DNA of 64,000 bases, taken from positions 3,936,001 through 4,000,000 of the forward strand of contig OZ244653.1 of NCBI GenBank assembly GCA_965218795.1. The letters are read 5' to 3'. Origin of the DNA: a bacterium (GTDB lineage: Bacteria > UBA8248 > JACPRG01 > G963555815). A program made the position numbers and the translations under genes. The notes beneath the pieces were generated by a model. The model was not told where the DNA came from, did no database searches, and was given only the letters and a program-made list of their open reading frames with translations. How positions within the stretch are numbered: position 1 is the first letter of the stretch; the number at the start of each line of letters is the position of its first letter. Shown here piece by piece: positions 52,555 to 62,472 of this stretch.

Positions 52555-53364
52555 ATGACCCAGGAAGCGCCCACATCAAACCCATCTGCCACGTCCGATG
52601 TTCCTTGCATCAATCTCAAGGACGTTGAGATGGTGTATCGAAGTCGGGGCAAGCCCGATTTCCTGGCGGTCAAAGACATCACCTTCGATATCCAGGAGCG
52701 GGAGCTTTTCGCCCTCGTCGGCCCCACGGGTTGCGGGAAGTCGACGATCCTGCTGTGCGTCAGCGGACTGCTGTTCCCTACGGCCGGAAATGTGGAAATC
52801 CGCGGCGGTTCGGTGGGAGAAGCCAAGTCGGCCAACCAGTTCGGCTTCATCTTCCAGGACCCGGTCCTCCTGCCCTGGCGAACGGCCATCGACAATGTCC
52901 GCCTGCCGCTGGAAGTCACGGGAACCTATGACGGAGAACAAGTGAACCGGTGCCTCGATCTCCTGGACTTCGTCGGCCTGAAGAAATTTCAGGATCTCTA
53001 TCCTCACGAGTTGTCCGGGGGGATGCGCCAACGGGTGTCCATCGTCCGGGCCCTGGCCCATGATCCCTCGATTCTGTTGCTGGACGAGCCCTTCTCCGCC
53101 CTCGACGAGATCACCAAACGCCGCCTCCACGTCGAATTCCTCGACCTTTGGGCCCACGAGCAAAAGACCGGCGTCCTGATCACCCACGACCTGTACGAGG
53201 CGGTGTTCATGTGCGACCGCGTGGCCGTCATGTCCCCCAATCCGGGGATCATCAAAGAGATCATCGAGGTCACCCTACCGCGGCCGCGGACCAAAGAGAT
53301 GCGCGACTCCGACGAATTCCACGAGCTGACGCGCTACGTCCGCGATGTTTTGGGGGAGTTTTGA
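52555..53364 (+). CDS. ABC transporter ATPase (NitT/TauT family)
   Basis: GPTGCGKS, LSGGMRQR, LLDEPFSALD. Confidence 0.93.
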   Translation: MTQEAPTSNPSATSDVPCINLKDVEMVYRSRGKPDFLAVKDITFDIQERELFALVGPTGCGKSTILLCVSGLLFPTAGNVEIRGGSVGEAKSANQFGFIFQDPVLLPWRTAIDNVRLPLEVTGTYDGEQVNRCLDLLDFVGLKKFQDLYPHELSGGMRQRVSIVRALAHDPSILLLDEPFSALDEITKRRLHVEFLDLWAHEQKTGVLITHDLYEAVFMCDRVAVMSPNPGIIKEIIEVTLPRPRTKEMRDSDEFHELTRYVRDVLGEF

Positions 53365-53366
53365 GA

Positions 53367-54164
53367 ATGGCAAAAGGCTCTCCCCGGAACGAAAGACTCC
53401 GCGATTTCATGGAGGGCTATGGTCCGGCGCTCATCTTTCTGATCGTGGCCCTGGTGATCTGGCAGATCGTAACGACGGCGCTCGAGATTCCGGAGTGGTT
53501 CATCCCTTCGCCGCTCAGAATCGCCCAGGCGTTCACGACAACGAAGTTCCTCTGGAAACACACCTGGACAACGCTGATTGAGGCCCTGTCCGGCTTCGGT
53601 CTGTCGATGGTGATCGGGACCCTGATGGCCGCGGGTATCGCCAACTCCCGGTTCCTGGAACGGGGCGTATTCCCTTACATCTCGCTGTCCACCTCTATCC
53701 CGATTGCGGCCACGGCTCCTCTGCTCATCATCTGGATGGGTCACGACATGAAGCCGAAGATCGCGCTGGCGATGATCATCACGTTTTTCCCGATCGTCGC
53801 CAACACAACCCGAGGCCTGATTTCGGCCGACTACCGGATGATCCGGATGATGCGCGCCCTGAATGCCTCCACCTGGACCATCTTTCGCAAGATTCAGATC
53901 CCCACGGCGCTTCCGTACATGTTCGCGGGCTTCAAGGTCTCCACCTCGCTCTGCCTGATCGGCGCGGTGGTGGGAGAGTTCTTCGGCGGCGATATCGGCC
54001 TGGGCTACCTGCTGGTGCTGGCCGAGTCCGGAATGGAAACCCCGATTGTGTTTGTGGTCATCGCGATTTTGGCGGTCTGCGGCATCGCGATGTTTCAGGT
54101 TGTTGCTTACCTCGAAAGAAGGTTGATCTTCTGGGCGTCACAAGAGTTGGCGGATCAGCAGTAA
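53367..54164 (+). CDS. ABC transporter permease (NitT/TauT family)
   Basis: IPSP, FFPI..NT..GL, ALP.MFAG.K, GAVVGEF. Confidence 0.92.
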   Translation: MAKGSPRNERLRDFMEGYGPALIFLIVALVIWQIVTTALEIPEWFIPSPLRIAQAFTTTKFLWKHTWTTLIEALSGFGLSMVIGTLMAAGIANSRFLERGVFPYISLSTSIPIAATAPLLIIWMGHDMKPKIALAMIITFFPIVANTTRGLISADYRMIRMMRALNASTWTIFRKIQIPTALPYMFAGFKVSTSLCLIGAVVGEFFGGDIGLGYLLVLAESGMETPIVFVVIAILAVCGIAMFQVVAYLERRLIFWASQELADQQ

Positions 54165-54257
54165 TGCGGTGCAGTCAACCGTTGGGAAGGTCACTTGGGT
54201 TCGCGGCGCATCTCGGTGATGCGTGAAGCCGAAACCCGAAAACCGGAGGGAACAGAG

Positions 54258-55235
54258 ATGAAAAAAGCATGGAGATTCATTCGGGCAGCCGGGCTGATGC
54301 TTTTGGTCACCGGCCTGTTGGGCGGACAGGCCTTGGCCGCTCAGAAGGTGACATACGTGATGTCGTGGATTCCCGATGCCCGCTGGGCGCCGGAAATCGT
54401 GGCCAAGTACAGGGGTTACTTCAAGGCCGCGGGACTCGACGTTGCGCTGAAATGGGTGAAGGGAAGCCGCAACGCAGGCAAGACGGTGGCGACCGGCGCC
54501 GCGGAATTCGGAGCGCCGACGGCCGGCGTCGTCCTGACGGGACGGGAGAAGGGTCTGCCCCTTGTCTCCGTCCTCCAGACCAACCGCAAGACCCAGATAT
54601 CCTTCGTCTCGCTGAAGAAGTCAGGGATCAAAAGCCCGAAGGATTTCTACGGCAAGAAGGTGGGCGTCCAGCGGGGAAGCGCAACCTGGGTTGGATTTCT
54701 GGCTCTGACGGGCAAGTACGGCATCGACATCGACAAGCTGAACAAGATCAACGTGGGATTCGGCCTCAAGCCCCTCCTTACCGGGATGGTGGACGTGCGG
54801 CCCGCCTACATCGCGAATGAGGTCGTGCAAGCCAAAATGAAGGGGATCGACCTCAACGTCATCTGGATCTCGGACCACGGAATCGAACAGATCGGAAACG
54901 GCACTGCGACCAACGAGACATTCCTGAAAAGCAATCCGAAAGCGGTCCGGAGCTTCGTCCAGGCCTCCATCAAGGGGTGGAAACACTCCGTGAAGGATCC
55001 CGACGACGCTCTCAAGGCGATCCTTCAGCATAAGCCCGACCACGACCCCGCTTTTCAGAAACAAGCCCTGGTGATAATTCAAGAGAAGATTTCCGTTGCT
55101 CCGAAGGGCCACCCCTGGGGCTGGTCGGTTCATGAGGAGTGGCAGACGACCCACGACAATCTGGTCGAGTACGGCGTGATCAAGAAGCCCCTGGACGTGC
55201 GCAAGGCTTATACGAATCAGTTTATCAAGGAATAG
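54258..55235 (+). CDS. ABC substrate-binding protein, NMT1/THI5 family
   Basis: Signal peptide, GYFKAAGLDV, SPKDF.GKKVG, YTNQF. Confidence 0.9.
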   Translation: MKKAWRFIRAAGLMLLVTGLLGGQALAAQKVTYVMSWIPDARWAPEIVAKYRGYFKAAGLDVALKWVKGSRNAGKTVATGAAEFGAPTAGVVLTGREKGLPLVSVLQTNRKTQISFVSLKKSGIKSPKDFYGKKVGVQRGSATWVGFLALTGKYGIDIDKLNKINVGFGLKPLLTGMVDVRPAYIANEVVQAKMKGIDLNVIWISDHGIEQIGNGTATNETFLKSNPKAVRSFVQASIKGWKHSVKDPDDALKAILQHKPDHDPAFQKQALVIIQEKISVAPKGHPWGWSVHEEWQTTHDNLVEYGVIKKPLDVRKAYTNQFIKE

Positions 55236-55349
55236 CCGATTCCGTTCATGCGAGCGGCCACGAATCGGAGGACGGCGAACACGAAGAAAACATACCGGGT
55301 GCTCGGATTGGGGTGATGGCTGTGCTGCCGCGCGCCGCCGGCGGGGCAG

Positions 55350-55600
55350 GCCCGAAAGGATCCGGCCGACGCCGTCCAGGCCACCGTGGAGCACAAGGCC
55401 GACCACGATGCCGTGTACCAGCGGAAGGTGCTGGATCTGATCCTGAGCAAAATCGCAGTGCCCGCCAAGAATGGACTCTTCGGGTTCGCAGAACGCGATC
55501 AGTACGCGGGCATGCAGGAAGGCCCGCTCAAGTTCGGCGTCATGAAAAAGCGGGTGAAGGTAGACGACGCCTTTGACAACAAGTTCGTCCTCGCGCACTA
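55350..55600 (+). pseudogene. C-terminal fragment of a second NMT1-type binding protein
   Basis: KDP.DA..A..EHK.DHD..YQ...FDNKF aligns with C-terminus of the preceding gene. Confidence 0.65.
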
Positions 55601-55714
55601 CGCGGCAAGTAGAGCGACGGGGTTCCCGACGGCCGTCGGCGTCCGGTGAAGAGGACACAACTCATTCCGTGGGCCGGGCGGCTTCACCGTCCGGCCCATC
55701 AAGGGATCCACTTC

Positions 55715-56734
55715 GTGCGCTTTGGAATCGGCGTCTGGGCGGACAAGCCGATCGATGAACTGGTCCGGATTTGTGAGACCGCCGAAGCCCTGGGGTTCGA
55801 CGGAGTCTGGTTCAACGACCATTACTTCGTCAAGGACGTTTACGTTGTCCAGGCGTTGGCGGCCCGAAGGACGGAGAGAATTCGATTCGGGACGTCCATT
55901 ACCAGTCCGTTTCAGCGGCATCCGGCCCAGATCGCCTCGACCGTCCGGACGTTGCACGAGGTCTCCGGCGGCCGCGCTGTTCTCGGAATCAGCTCGGGGG
56001 GGTTCGAGTACCCCGAGAACCTCGGGACGCCCATTCCCAAGCCCCGAACGGCGTGCCGTGAGGCCATCGAAATTATCCGGGGGTTGTGGACTTATGAGGC
56101 GGCGACGGCGGGCGGCGAAGTCTTCAGCGTGAAGGACGCCCGCCTCGAATTCGGTGAACCCTTCACAGTCCCGATCTATCTCGGCTCCCGCGGGAAGCGG
56201 ATGCACCGGCTGGCGGGGGAAATGTGTGACGGGATCATTATGCACGGGCCGACAGAGACCCACTGCCGTTACGTCCGCGACCGCGCCGGCGAAGGCACCG
56301 TGAGCGGAGGACGGGATCCGGCCGAGATCGACATCGCCGTGCTGACGGACATCGTCCTCACGGACGACTTCGAGGCGGCCATGGAAATGCTTCGGCCGCG
56401 TTGTCTGATCATGGCGGGCGGCGAATACTCGCTGGAGGTGCTCGAGCATTACGGCCTGACGCTGGAAGAGGTGGAGCCGCTGCGGGCGGCGGTCCGCGCC
56501 GGCGATAAAGCGAAGGCCCTCTCGCTGGTCACGCCTGCGATGGCCCATACCTTCTGCATCGTGGGCGATGGCCCGTCCTGCCTGGAAAGGGTCCGCCATC
56601 TCGAGCGGGCCGGATTGACTCACTTGATTTCCACCTCGGGCCTGCGGCAGAGTCTTGAACGAACCGTACACGAGATGGAGTATTTCGCGGAGTACATCCT
56701 GGAACCGTACCGGACGGCCGCTGCCTCGTCGTGA
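55715..56734 (+). CDS. LLM-class flavin/F420-dependent oxidoreductase (Mer-like)
   Basis: GFD.VWF.DH, T.RI.FGT.ITSP..RHP, SGGRA.LG. Confidence 0.88.
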   Translation: MRFGIGVWADKPIDELVRICETAEALGFDGVWFNDHYFVKDVYVVQALAARRTERIRFGTSITSPFQRHPAQIASTVRTLHEVSGGRAVLGISSGGFEYPENLGTPIPKPRTACREAIEIIRGLWTYEAATAGGEVFSVKDARLEFGEPFTVPIYLGSRGKRMHRLAGEMCDGIIMHGPTETHCRYVRDRAGEGTVSGGRDPAEIDIAVLTDIVLTDDFEAAMEMLRPRCLIMAGGEYSLEVLEHYGLTLEEVEPLRAAVRAGDKAKALSLVTPAMAHTFCIVGDGPSCLERVRHLERAGLTHLISTSGLRQSLERTVHEMEYFAEYILEPYRTAAASS

Positions 56735-56893
56735 ATCCCGGCGGAAGAAGCCTCTTCAACCGATGAGCCCCGATACCCGCAACGGTTCTGTCGGACGGAT
56801 CACTGAACAAGAGAGCTCGTTGCTGAATTCATGTGCGTGAAAATTCCATTCGGCCGGCTGGCGGGCCGGCCTCCCGGATAGAGGAGTCCAAAA

Positions 56894-58417
56894 GTGACGC
56901 TGCAAGAAATCCTGGAACGATCAGCCGAGAGGGTCGGCTCGAAGGCCTTTCTGTTCTGCGACAACCGGACCATCTCCTATGGAGACGCGGTCAAGCAGAG
57001 CCGGAAGGCGGCCGGCGCCCTGGCATCTTTGGGCGTGAAGAAAGGGGACCGGGTCGCATTCCATTCGATCAACTCCATCGAATTCGTTCTCGCCATGCTC
57101 GGCTGCTGGAACCTGGGGGCCATCTGTGCGCTCATCGACCCCCGCCACGGAGACTCATTGGATTATTACTTCAACGACGCGGATTCGAACATCCTCCTGT
57201 TCAGCTCGAACGTAGCGCCGCAGGTGGAGCGGAAGCGGAAGGAGTGCAAGGAGCTCCGCCGCCTGGTTTGCTTCGATGGGCCCGGCAAGGGTGTCAAGGA
57301 CGCGCTGAGCTGGGCCGGACTCGCCCGATCCGCCAAGCCGGTTCGCCGGGACGTCAAGGAAACCGCTCCCTGCCATCTGTCCTGGACATCCGGGAGCACG
57401 GGCCAACCCAAGGGCGCGGTCCTGGCCCATGAGCCCACGGCGCAGGCCGCTTCCTGCATCGGCGAGCGTCTCAGACTCCGACAGAATGAAGCCACCCTCG
57501 GCCCCACCGGCCTGAGTTCCTCCTATCACCTCGTGGCCAATCTCCTGCCCGGCATGACCCAAGGCTGCACGGTCGGGATGATGTCCGTATTCGATCAGGC
57601 CGAGGCCTGGAAAATCATTCGGCAAAGAGATGTGAGCGTATTCGTGGCCAACCCGTTGCTGCTGACGGATATTTACACCGAATGGCGCGACAGGAAGCTG
57701 AACAAGGGGACGCTGCGGATCACGGTCTCCGGCGGGGGGCCCGTCCCGCCCGACCTCAAGCGCGTCTACCAGGAAAGGATGAAAGTCCCCCTCGTGGAAA
57801 GCTTCGGCCAGAGCGAACTGGGCGGTTTCGTCGCGCTCGGCGATCCGGAACCGTACAGCAAGAAACACTTCTCGGCCATCGGCCGCCCCCTGGCCGACAA
57901 GGAGGTCATCATCGGGGACGACGACGATAACGAATTACCCATCGGACAGATCGGCGAGATCCTCATCCGGCGCGGCTTCATGTGGGGATACTGGGGCCGC
58001 CCGACGGCGACGAAAAAAGCGCTCAAGAACGGCTGGCTCCACACGGGCGATGTCGGCCGGATGGACGAGGACGGCTATGTCTTTCTCATGGCCCGGAAAA
58101 GCGAGCGTATTCACTGGGGGAAAAGGACCGTCTATCCGCGCCTCGTGGAGGAGGCCCTGTATTTCGACAAGGCCGTCCAGTATTCGGCTTTGATCCCCGT
58201 TCCGGACGAGAAGATGGGGGAAATCCCCAAGGCCATTGTCTCGCTTTATCCGGGCAAGAAAACCACGGTGAAGGCCCTTCGCGATGTCGTGAAAAAACAG
58301 TTGAGCGCCAGCGACGTCCCTCCGGTCACCGAGATCATCGAAGAAATGCCGATGACCGCTACGGGAAAGATCAACAAGACGGCGCTTCGAGAGCGGGAGA
58401 AGCAGCTCGGGAAATAA
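56894..58417 (+). CDS. Acyl-CoA ligase / AMP-forming enzyme
   Basis: TSGSTGQPKG, FGQSE, HTGD, TATGKI. Confidence 0.9.
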   Translation: MTLQEILERSAERVGSKAFLFCDNRTISYGDAVKQSRKAAGALASLGVKKGDRVAFHSINSIEFVLAMLGCWNLGAICALIDPRHGDSLDYYFNDADSNILLFSSNVAPQVERKRKECKELRRLVCFDGPGKGVKDALSWAGLARSAKPVRRDVKETAPCHLSWTSGSTGQPKGAVLAHEPTAQAASCIGERLRLRQNEATLGPTGLSSSYHLVANLLPGMTQGCTVGMMSVFDQAEAWKIIRQRDVSVFVANPLLLTDIYTEWRDRKLNKGTLRITVSGGGPVPPDLKRVYQERMKVPLVESFGQSELGGFVALGDPEPYSKKHFSAIGRPLADKEVIIGDDDDNELPIGQIGEILIRRGFMWGYWGRPTATKKALKNGWLHTGDVGRMDEDGYVFLMARKSERIHWGKRTVYPRLVEEALYFDKAVQYSALIPVPDEKMGEIPKAIVSLYPGKKTTVKALRDVVKKQLSASDVPPVTEIIEEMPMTATGKINKTALREREKQLGK

Positions 58418-58645
58418 CAGCGTCCGGCAGGAGCCGGACGCGCTTTGACCTCAGCCTGAATCCATCACGGCCTCCGGGTTGATGGGCCCGGAGCCCGGGA
58501 CCGGTCGGTCTTGTCACCCGAGGGTACGGGACTCGGCCGGCGTTGCAGGCTGATGTTGAACCGGGGGAGACCGTTTTCTTCCCCTTCAGCCGCCTGTTTC
58601 CTAACCCGTCCGGGATTTCAAGGCGCAACGCCAAAGGAGAGAGTC

Positions 58646-59755
58646 ATGGCCAACGTAGCCGTCATGGGCGCGGGCGGGGGCGGACAGACCATTGCCGCGG
58701 ATCTCACGCTGGATGGACATTCCGTTCGATTGTTCGAGCACCCGAAATTCGCGGCCAGCCTTCAACACATAAAGAAAAAGGGCGGGATCACGGCCTCCGG
58801 CAGCGGCCGGGACCGGGATTTCGCCAAGGTCCGCCTTGTGACCACCAACGCCAAATCGGCCGTCAAGGGGGCGGACGTCATCATCGTTGTCGTGCCCTGC
58901 TTCGGCCATGCCGCCATGAGCGAGGCGGTGATTCGGCACATCGAGCCGGGCCAGACGGTTGCCTTCCTCGGCGAAGGAAGCGGGGCTCTCGTTTTCCGCC
59001 AACTCCTGAAGAAACACCGGAAGGAGAGGGGAATCATCTACGGCGAGACCAACACCTTGCCTTATCTGACCCGAATCACCGGACCGGCTCAGGTCACCTT
59101 GATGCGAAAACGCGGGGGCACGCTGGCCGCGGCCTTCCCGGCGAAGGACAACCAGCCGTTCCTTTCGATCCTTCAGGAACTGTGGCCGTACATTGAGCCG
59201 GCCACGCACGTCTTCGAGACGATCCTCATCAACTTCAACGCAATCGATCACGTTGCGGCCTGTCTGCTCAACGCCGGCTGGATCGAAGGAAGCTCAATGC
59301 CCTTCCTCCTGTGGGGACAGGGCGCGACGCCTTCCGTGGTCCGCTGCATCGAGGCTGTGGATGAAGAGACCATCGCCCTGCGCAAGGCGCTCGGCTGCAA
59401 GGACCTCGCCACGTACCGGGATTTTCTCTACCGGCAGGGGATGGTCGAGAACCGCCAGCGGACGACCTACGACGCCATCCATAAGGGACTGGGCGGCAAG
59501 GGCACGTATCAATGCGGACCGGAAGGCCTGAAGTTTCGTTACGTCACCGAGGATGTCCCGTACGCGCTCGTTCTGATCACGGACATCGGCCGCATGCTGG
59601 GGATCCCCACGCCGGTCAACGACGCTCTGATCACCCTGGCTTCCACGATCAATCAGGACGACTACCGGGGTTGGGGCCGGACCCTCAAGTCCCTTGGTCT
59701 GGCAAAAGTGGAGAAGGGAAACGTGAGGAAATTCCTTCAAACAGGGGAATTTTGA
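58646..59755 (+). CDS. NAD/NADP octopine/nopaline (opine) dehydrogenase family protein
   Basis: GAGGGG, ETNTLPY, RYVTEDVPY, GRTL..LGL. Confidence 0.88.
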   Translation: MANVAVMGAGGGGQTIAADLTLDGHSVRLFEHPKFAASLQHIKKKGGITASGSGRDRDFAKVRLVTTNAKSAVKGADVIIVVVPCFGHAAMSEAVIRHIEPGQTVAFLGEGSGALVFRQLLKKHRKERGIIYGETNTLPYLTRITGPAQVTLMRKRGGTLAAAFPAKDNQPFLSILQELWPYIEPATHVFETILINFNAIDHVAACLLNAGWIEGSSMPFLLWGQGATPSVVRCIEAVDEETIALRKALGCKDLATYRDFLYRQGMVENRQRTTYDAIHKGLGGKGTYQCGPEGLKFRYVTEDVPYALVLITDIGRMLGIPTPVNDALITLASTINQDDYRGWGRTLKSLGLAKVEKGNVRKFLQTGEF

Positions 59756-59852
59756 ATCCCGTTGGAAGGCCTTTCCCCGTATCTACGTCCATTCCCCCGC
59801 CCCGCGGATACGTTGGAAAGCGCGGGAGCGGTAACCATCGAGGAATCCTGCG

Positions 59853-60854
59853 GTGAAATTCGGTTTCAGCTTTTGGGTTGACCGAGATGGGCATCAGGTC
59901 GCCGATTGGGTGGCCGCCGGCGAGGCGGCGGGGTTCGATTTCGCCTGGTTCCCGGATCATTACTTCCTGCGGGAGGTCTACGGCGTCCAGACCCTGGCCG
60001 CGGAGAAGACGAGCCGGATCAAGCTGGCCACGGGAGTGACCAGCCCATACCTCCGCCATCCCGCACTGCTCGCATCGGCCACCGCCACGCTGGATGAGGT
60101 CTCGGGCGGCCGGGCGATCCTCGGCATCGGGGCGGGGGGCTTCGAGTTCGCCGCCCAACTGGGCATCCACTGGAAGCGGCCGCTCACCGGTGTCCGTGAG
60201 AGCGTACAGATCATCCGCGGACTGCTTCGGGACGAAGAGGTGACCTTAGAAGGGAAAGAGTTCAGCGTCCAAGGAGCCAGGCTCCCCTTCGGCAAGAGCT
60301 TCGATATTCCCATCTACTACGCCGCTCGGGGCACGAAGATGCTGGAGCTCTCCGGGAAAAGCGGAGACGGCGTGATCACCCACGGCGTCAGCCGCACCTT
60401 CGCGGACCACGCCTCGGACGTCCTCACGCAGTCCGCGAGGCAGGCCGGACGGGACGCCGGGGACATCGACCTGGCGATCCAGTGCCACATCTTCCCGACC
60501 GACGACCCCGAGGCCGCCATCGATAAACTCAAACCCGGCAACCTGATGATGGCGGGCGGCGAGTACTCGTTGGACCTCGTTCCCCATTACGGGTTGACGC
60601 TGGAAGACGTGAACCCCCTTCGGGAGGCGGTCCGCTCGGGCGATCAGGACCGGGCGATTGGGATCATGACCGAAAAGCACGTACGGGCCTTCGCCGTCGT
60701 GGGCCGACCCGAAGAATGCATTGAGCAGATCCGGGGGATGGCCGAGGCCGGCGTCACGCAAATTATCGCGTCCAGCGGCGGGCGGCAATCGAGCGAGGAA
60801 GTGCTTCAGAACATCCGCAGGGTAGGGGAGCAGATCATCCCGCATTTCCGTTGA
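59853..60854 (+). CDS. LLM-class flavin/F420-dependent oxidoreductase (paralog of 55715-56734)
   Basis: Same motifs plus shared MAGGEYSL...HYGLTLE.V.PLR. Confidence 0.88.
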   Translation: MKFGFSFWVDRDGHQVADWVAAGEAAGFDFAWFPDHYFLREVYGVQTLAAEKTSRIKLATGVTSPYLRHPALLASATATLDEVSGGRAILGIGAGGFEFAAQLGIHWKRPLTGVRESVQIIRGLLRDEEVTLEGKEFSVQGARLPFGKSFDIPIYYAARGTKMLELSGKSGDGVITHGVSRTFADHASDVLTQSARQAGRDAGDIDLAIQCHIFPTDDPEAAIDKLKPGNLMMAGGEYSLDLVPHYGLTLEDVNPLREAVRSGDQDRAIGIMTEKHVRAFAVVGRPEECIEQIRGMAEAGVTQIIASSGGRQSSEEVLQNIRRVGEQIIPHFR

Positions 60855-60944
60855 AGAAGTCCGATGGTTCCGCGGAGGCTCCTTTTGATCCACAATCGAT
60901 GACCCGCGCGGCTCGACCCTTTATCTTCCGATAAGGCATTCGTT

Positions 60945-62345
60945 GTGGCCATCGTCAAGGCATCCGAGATTCACGATCTGAGAACAGGCCTGGAAGTCCT
61001 CGAGGCGGGCGGCCAACTCCGGCGCATCGAACGTCCGGTCAGCCTCGATTGCGAGCTCGGCACGCTGGCCGTCGAGCTGGAAAACCGGGCCATGGGCGCC
61101 GCGCTGATAGAAAACCCCGTCGGCGAGCCGGCCGGCCTCTACAGCCCTGAAGCGGCCGATATCCCCGTGGTCGCGAACGTCATGAGCCACCCGAAGCAGA
61201 TCGCCCTGATATTGGGATGCGACCCGAACGAGCTCGTCCCCTTTCTTGCGGCGAGCATGGAGCGTCCCGTGTCTCCTGTGGGCCGGGACGACGCGCCATT
61301 TCTGGAGAACACCCTCCGTGACGAAGCGGACCTGAACGCCCTGCCCATCCCGCGCCATACGGCCAAGGACGGCGGCGAGCGCGACGGGCGTTTCATCAGC
61401 GGCGGGGTGGTCTTTGCGCGCGACCCCGAAACCGGACAGGCGAACGCCTCTTTCCAGCGGTTTCAGCTTCAGAACGCTCGGCGGACCGGCATCCAGATCA
61501 ACAACTGGCGGCACCTGCTGACCTGCTACGAAAAGGCCGAGGCCCGTGACGAGCCGCTCCCGATTGTCATCGCCCTTGGGGTGGATCCGGTGGTGTCCAT
61601 CGCGGCCGGCATCCGAACCGAAATCGACGAGATGGAATACGCCGGGGCGTTACGGGGCCGGCCGATCCAGGTCACCCCGGCCCCCGTCACGGGGATTTCC
61701 GTCCCCTCGGGCACGGAAATCCTCATCGAGGGCGAAATCCTTCCTCACCAGCGGGAGAGCGAAGGACCCCTGGCCGAGTTCACCGGCCATTATAGCGGGA
61801 TCTATCAGGCTCCCGTCTTCGAGGTGACCGCCATCTCCCACCGGACCGACCCCATCTTTCAGACTATCGTTCCGGCCTCCCAGGAGCACCGGAACCTGGG
61901 CGGCTCGCTCCCGCGCGAGCCTGTCCTGTACCGCTTCGTCCGTCACGTCGCGCCCGGCGTGAAGAACGTCCATCTGCCCCCTTACGGGAGCGGATTCATG
62001 GCGCTCATCTCCCTCCAACCGGAGCATCGCGGTCAGCCCAAGAACGTCGCCCTGGCCGCCATGACCAGCCACGTGAACATCAAGGTGGTCGTGGTCGTGG
62101 ATGCGGACGTGGACATTTACAATTCCCAGGAGGTGATGTGGGCGCTTTCCACGCGCGTGGATGCCAGGGAGGACGTATTCACGGTCCCCTACTCTCAGGG
62201 GCACGAGATGGACCCCTCGACTGTTGAGGGAGGGATCGCGACGAAGATCGGGATCGACGCCACGCTGAATCCAAGAGGCCGGGAGGCGCTTGAGAAGGTG
62301 TCCTATCCGCCGATCGATCTGGCGAAGTATCTCGACAATTCTTAG
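60945..62345 (+). CDS. UbiD-family (prFMN) decarboxylase
   Basis: SFQR, GVDP, EGP.AEFTGHY, VDADVDI, WA.STR, K.GIDAT. Confidence 0.92.
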   Translation: MAIVKASEIHDLRTGLEVLEAGGQLRRIERPVSLDCELGTLAVELENRAMGAALIENPVGEPAGLYSPEAADIPVVANVMSHPKQIALILGCDPNELVPFLAASMERPVSPVGRDDAPFLENTLRDEADLNALPIPRHTAKDGGERDGRFISGGVVFARDPETGQANASFQRFQLQNARRTGIQINNWRHLLTCYEKAEARDEPLPIVIALGVDPVVSIAAGIRTEIDEMEYAGALRGRPIQVTPAPVTGISVPSGTEILIEGEILPHQRESEGPLAEFTGHYSGIYQAPVFEVTAISHRTDPIFQTIVPASQEHRNLGGSLPREPVLYRFVRHVAPGVKNVHLPPYGSGFMALISLQPEHRGQPKNVALAAMTSHVNIKVVVVVDADVDIYNSQEVMWALSTRVDAREDVFTVPYSQGHEMDPSTVEGGIATKIGIDATLNPRGREALEKVSYPPIDLAKYLDNS

Positions 62346-62472
62346 CGTGAGCGGTGCGCATACCGCCTGGAGATTCCATGGGGCCGGCTTTCAATTGGAC
62401 CCCTCTCAATGAAAATGTGTCTCAACGACGTCTGCCGTCCGCGTCCCCTGAAAGTTCCACCTGGAGGCTCTC

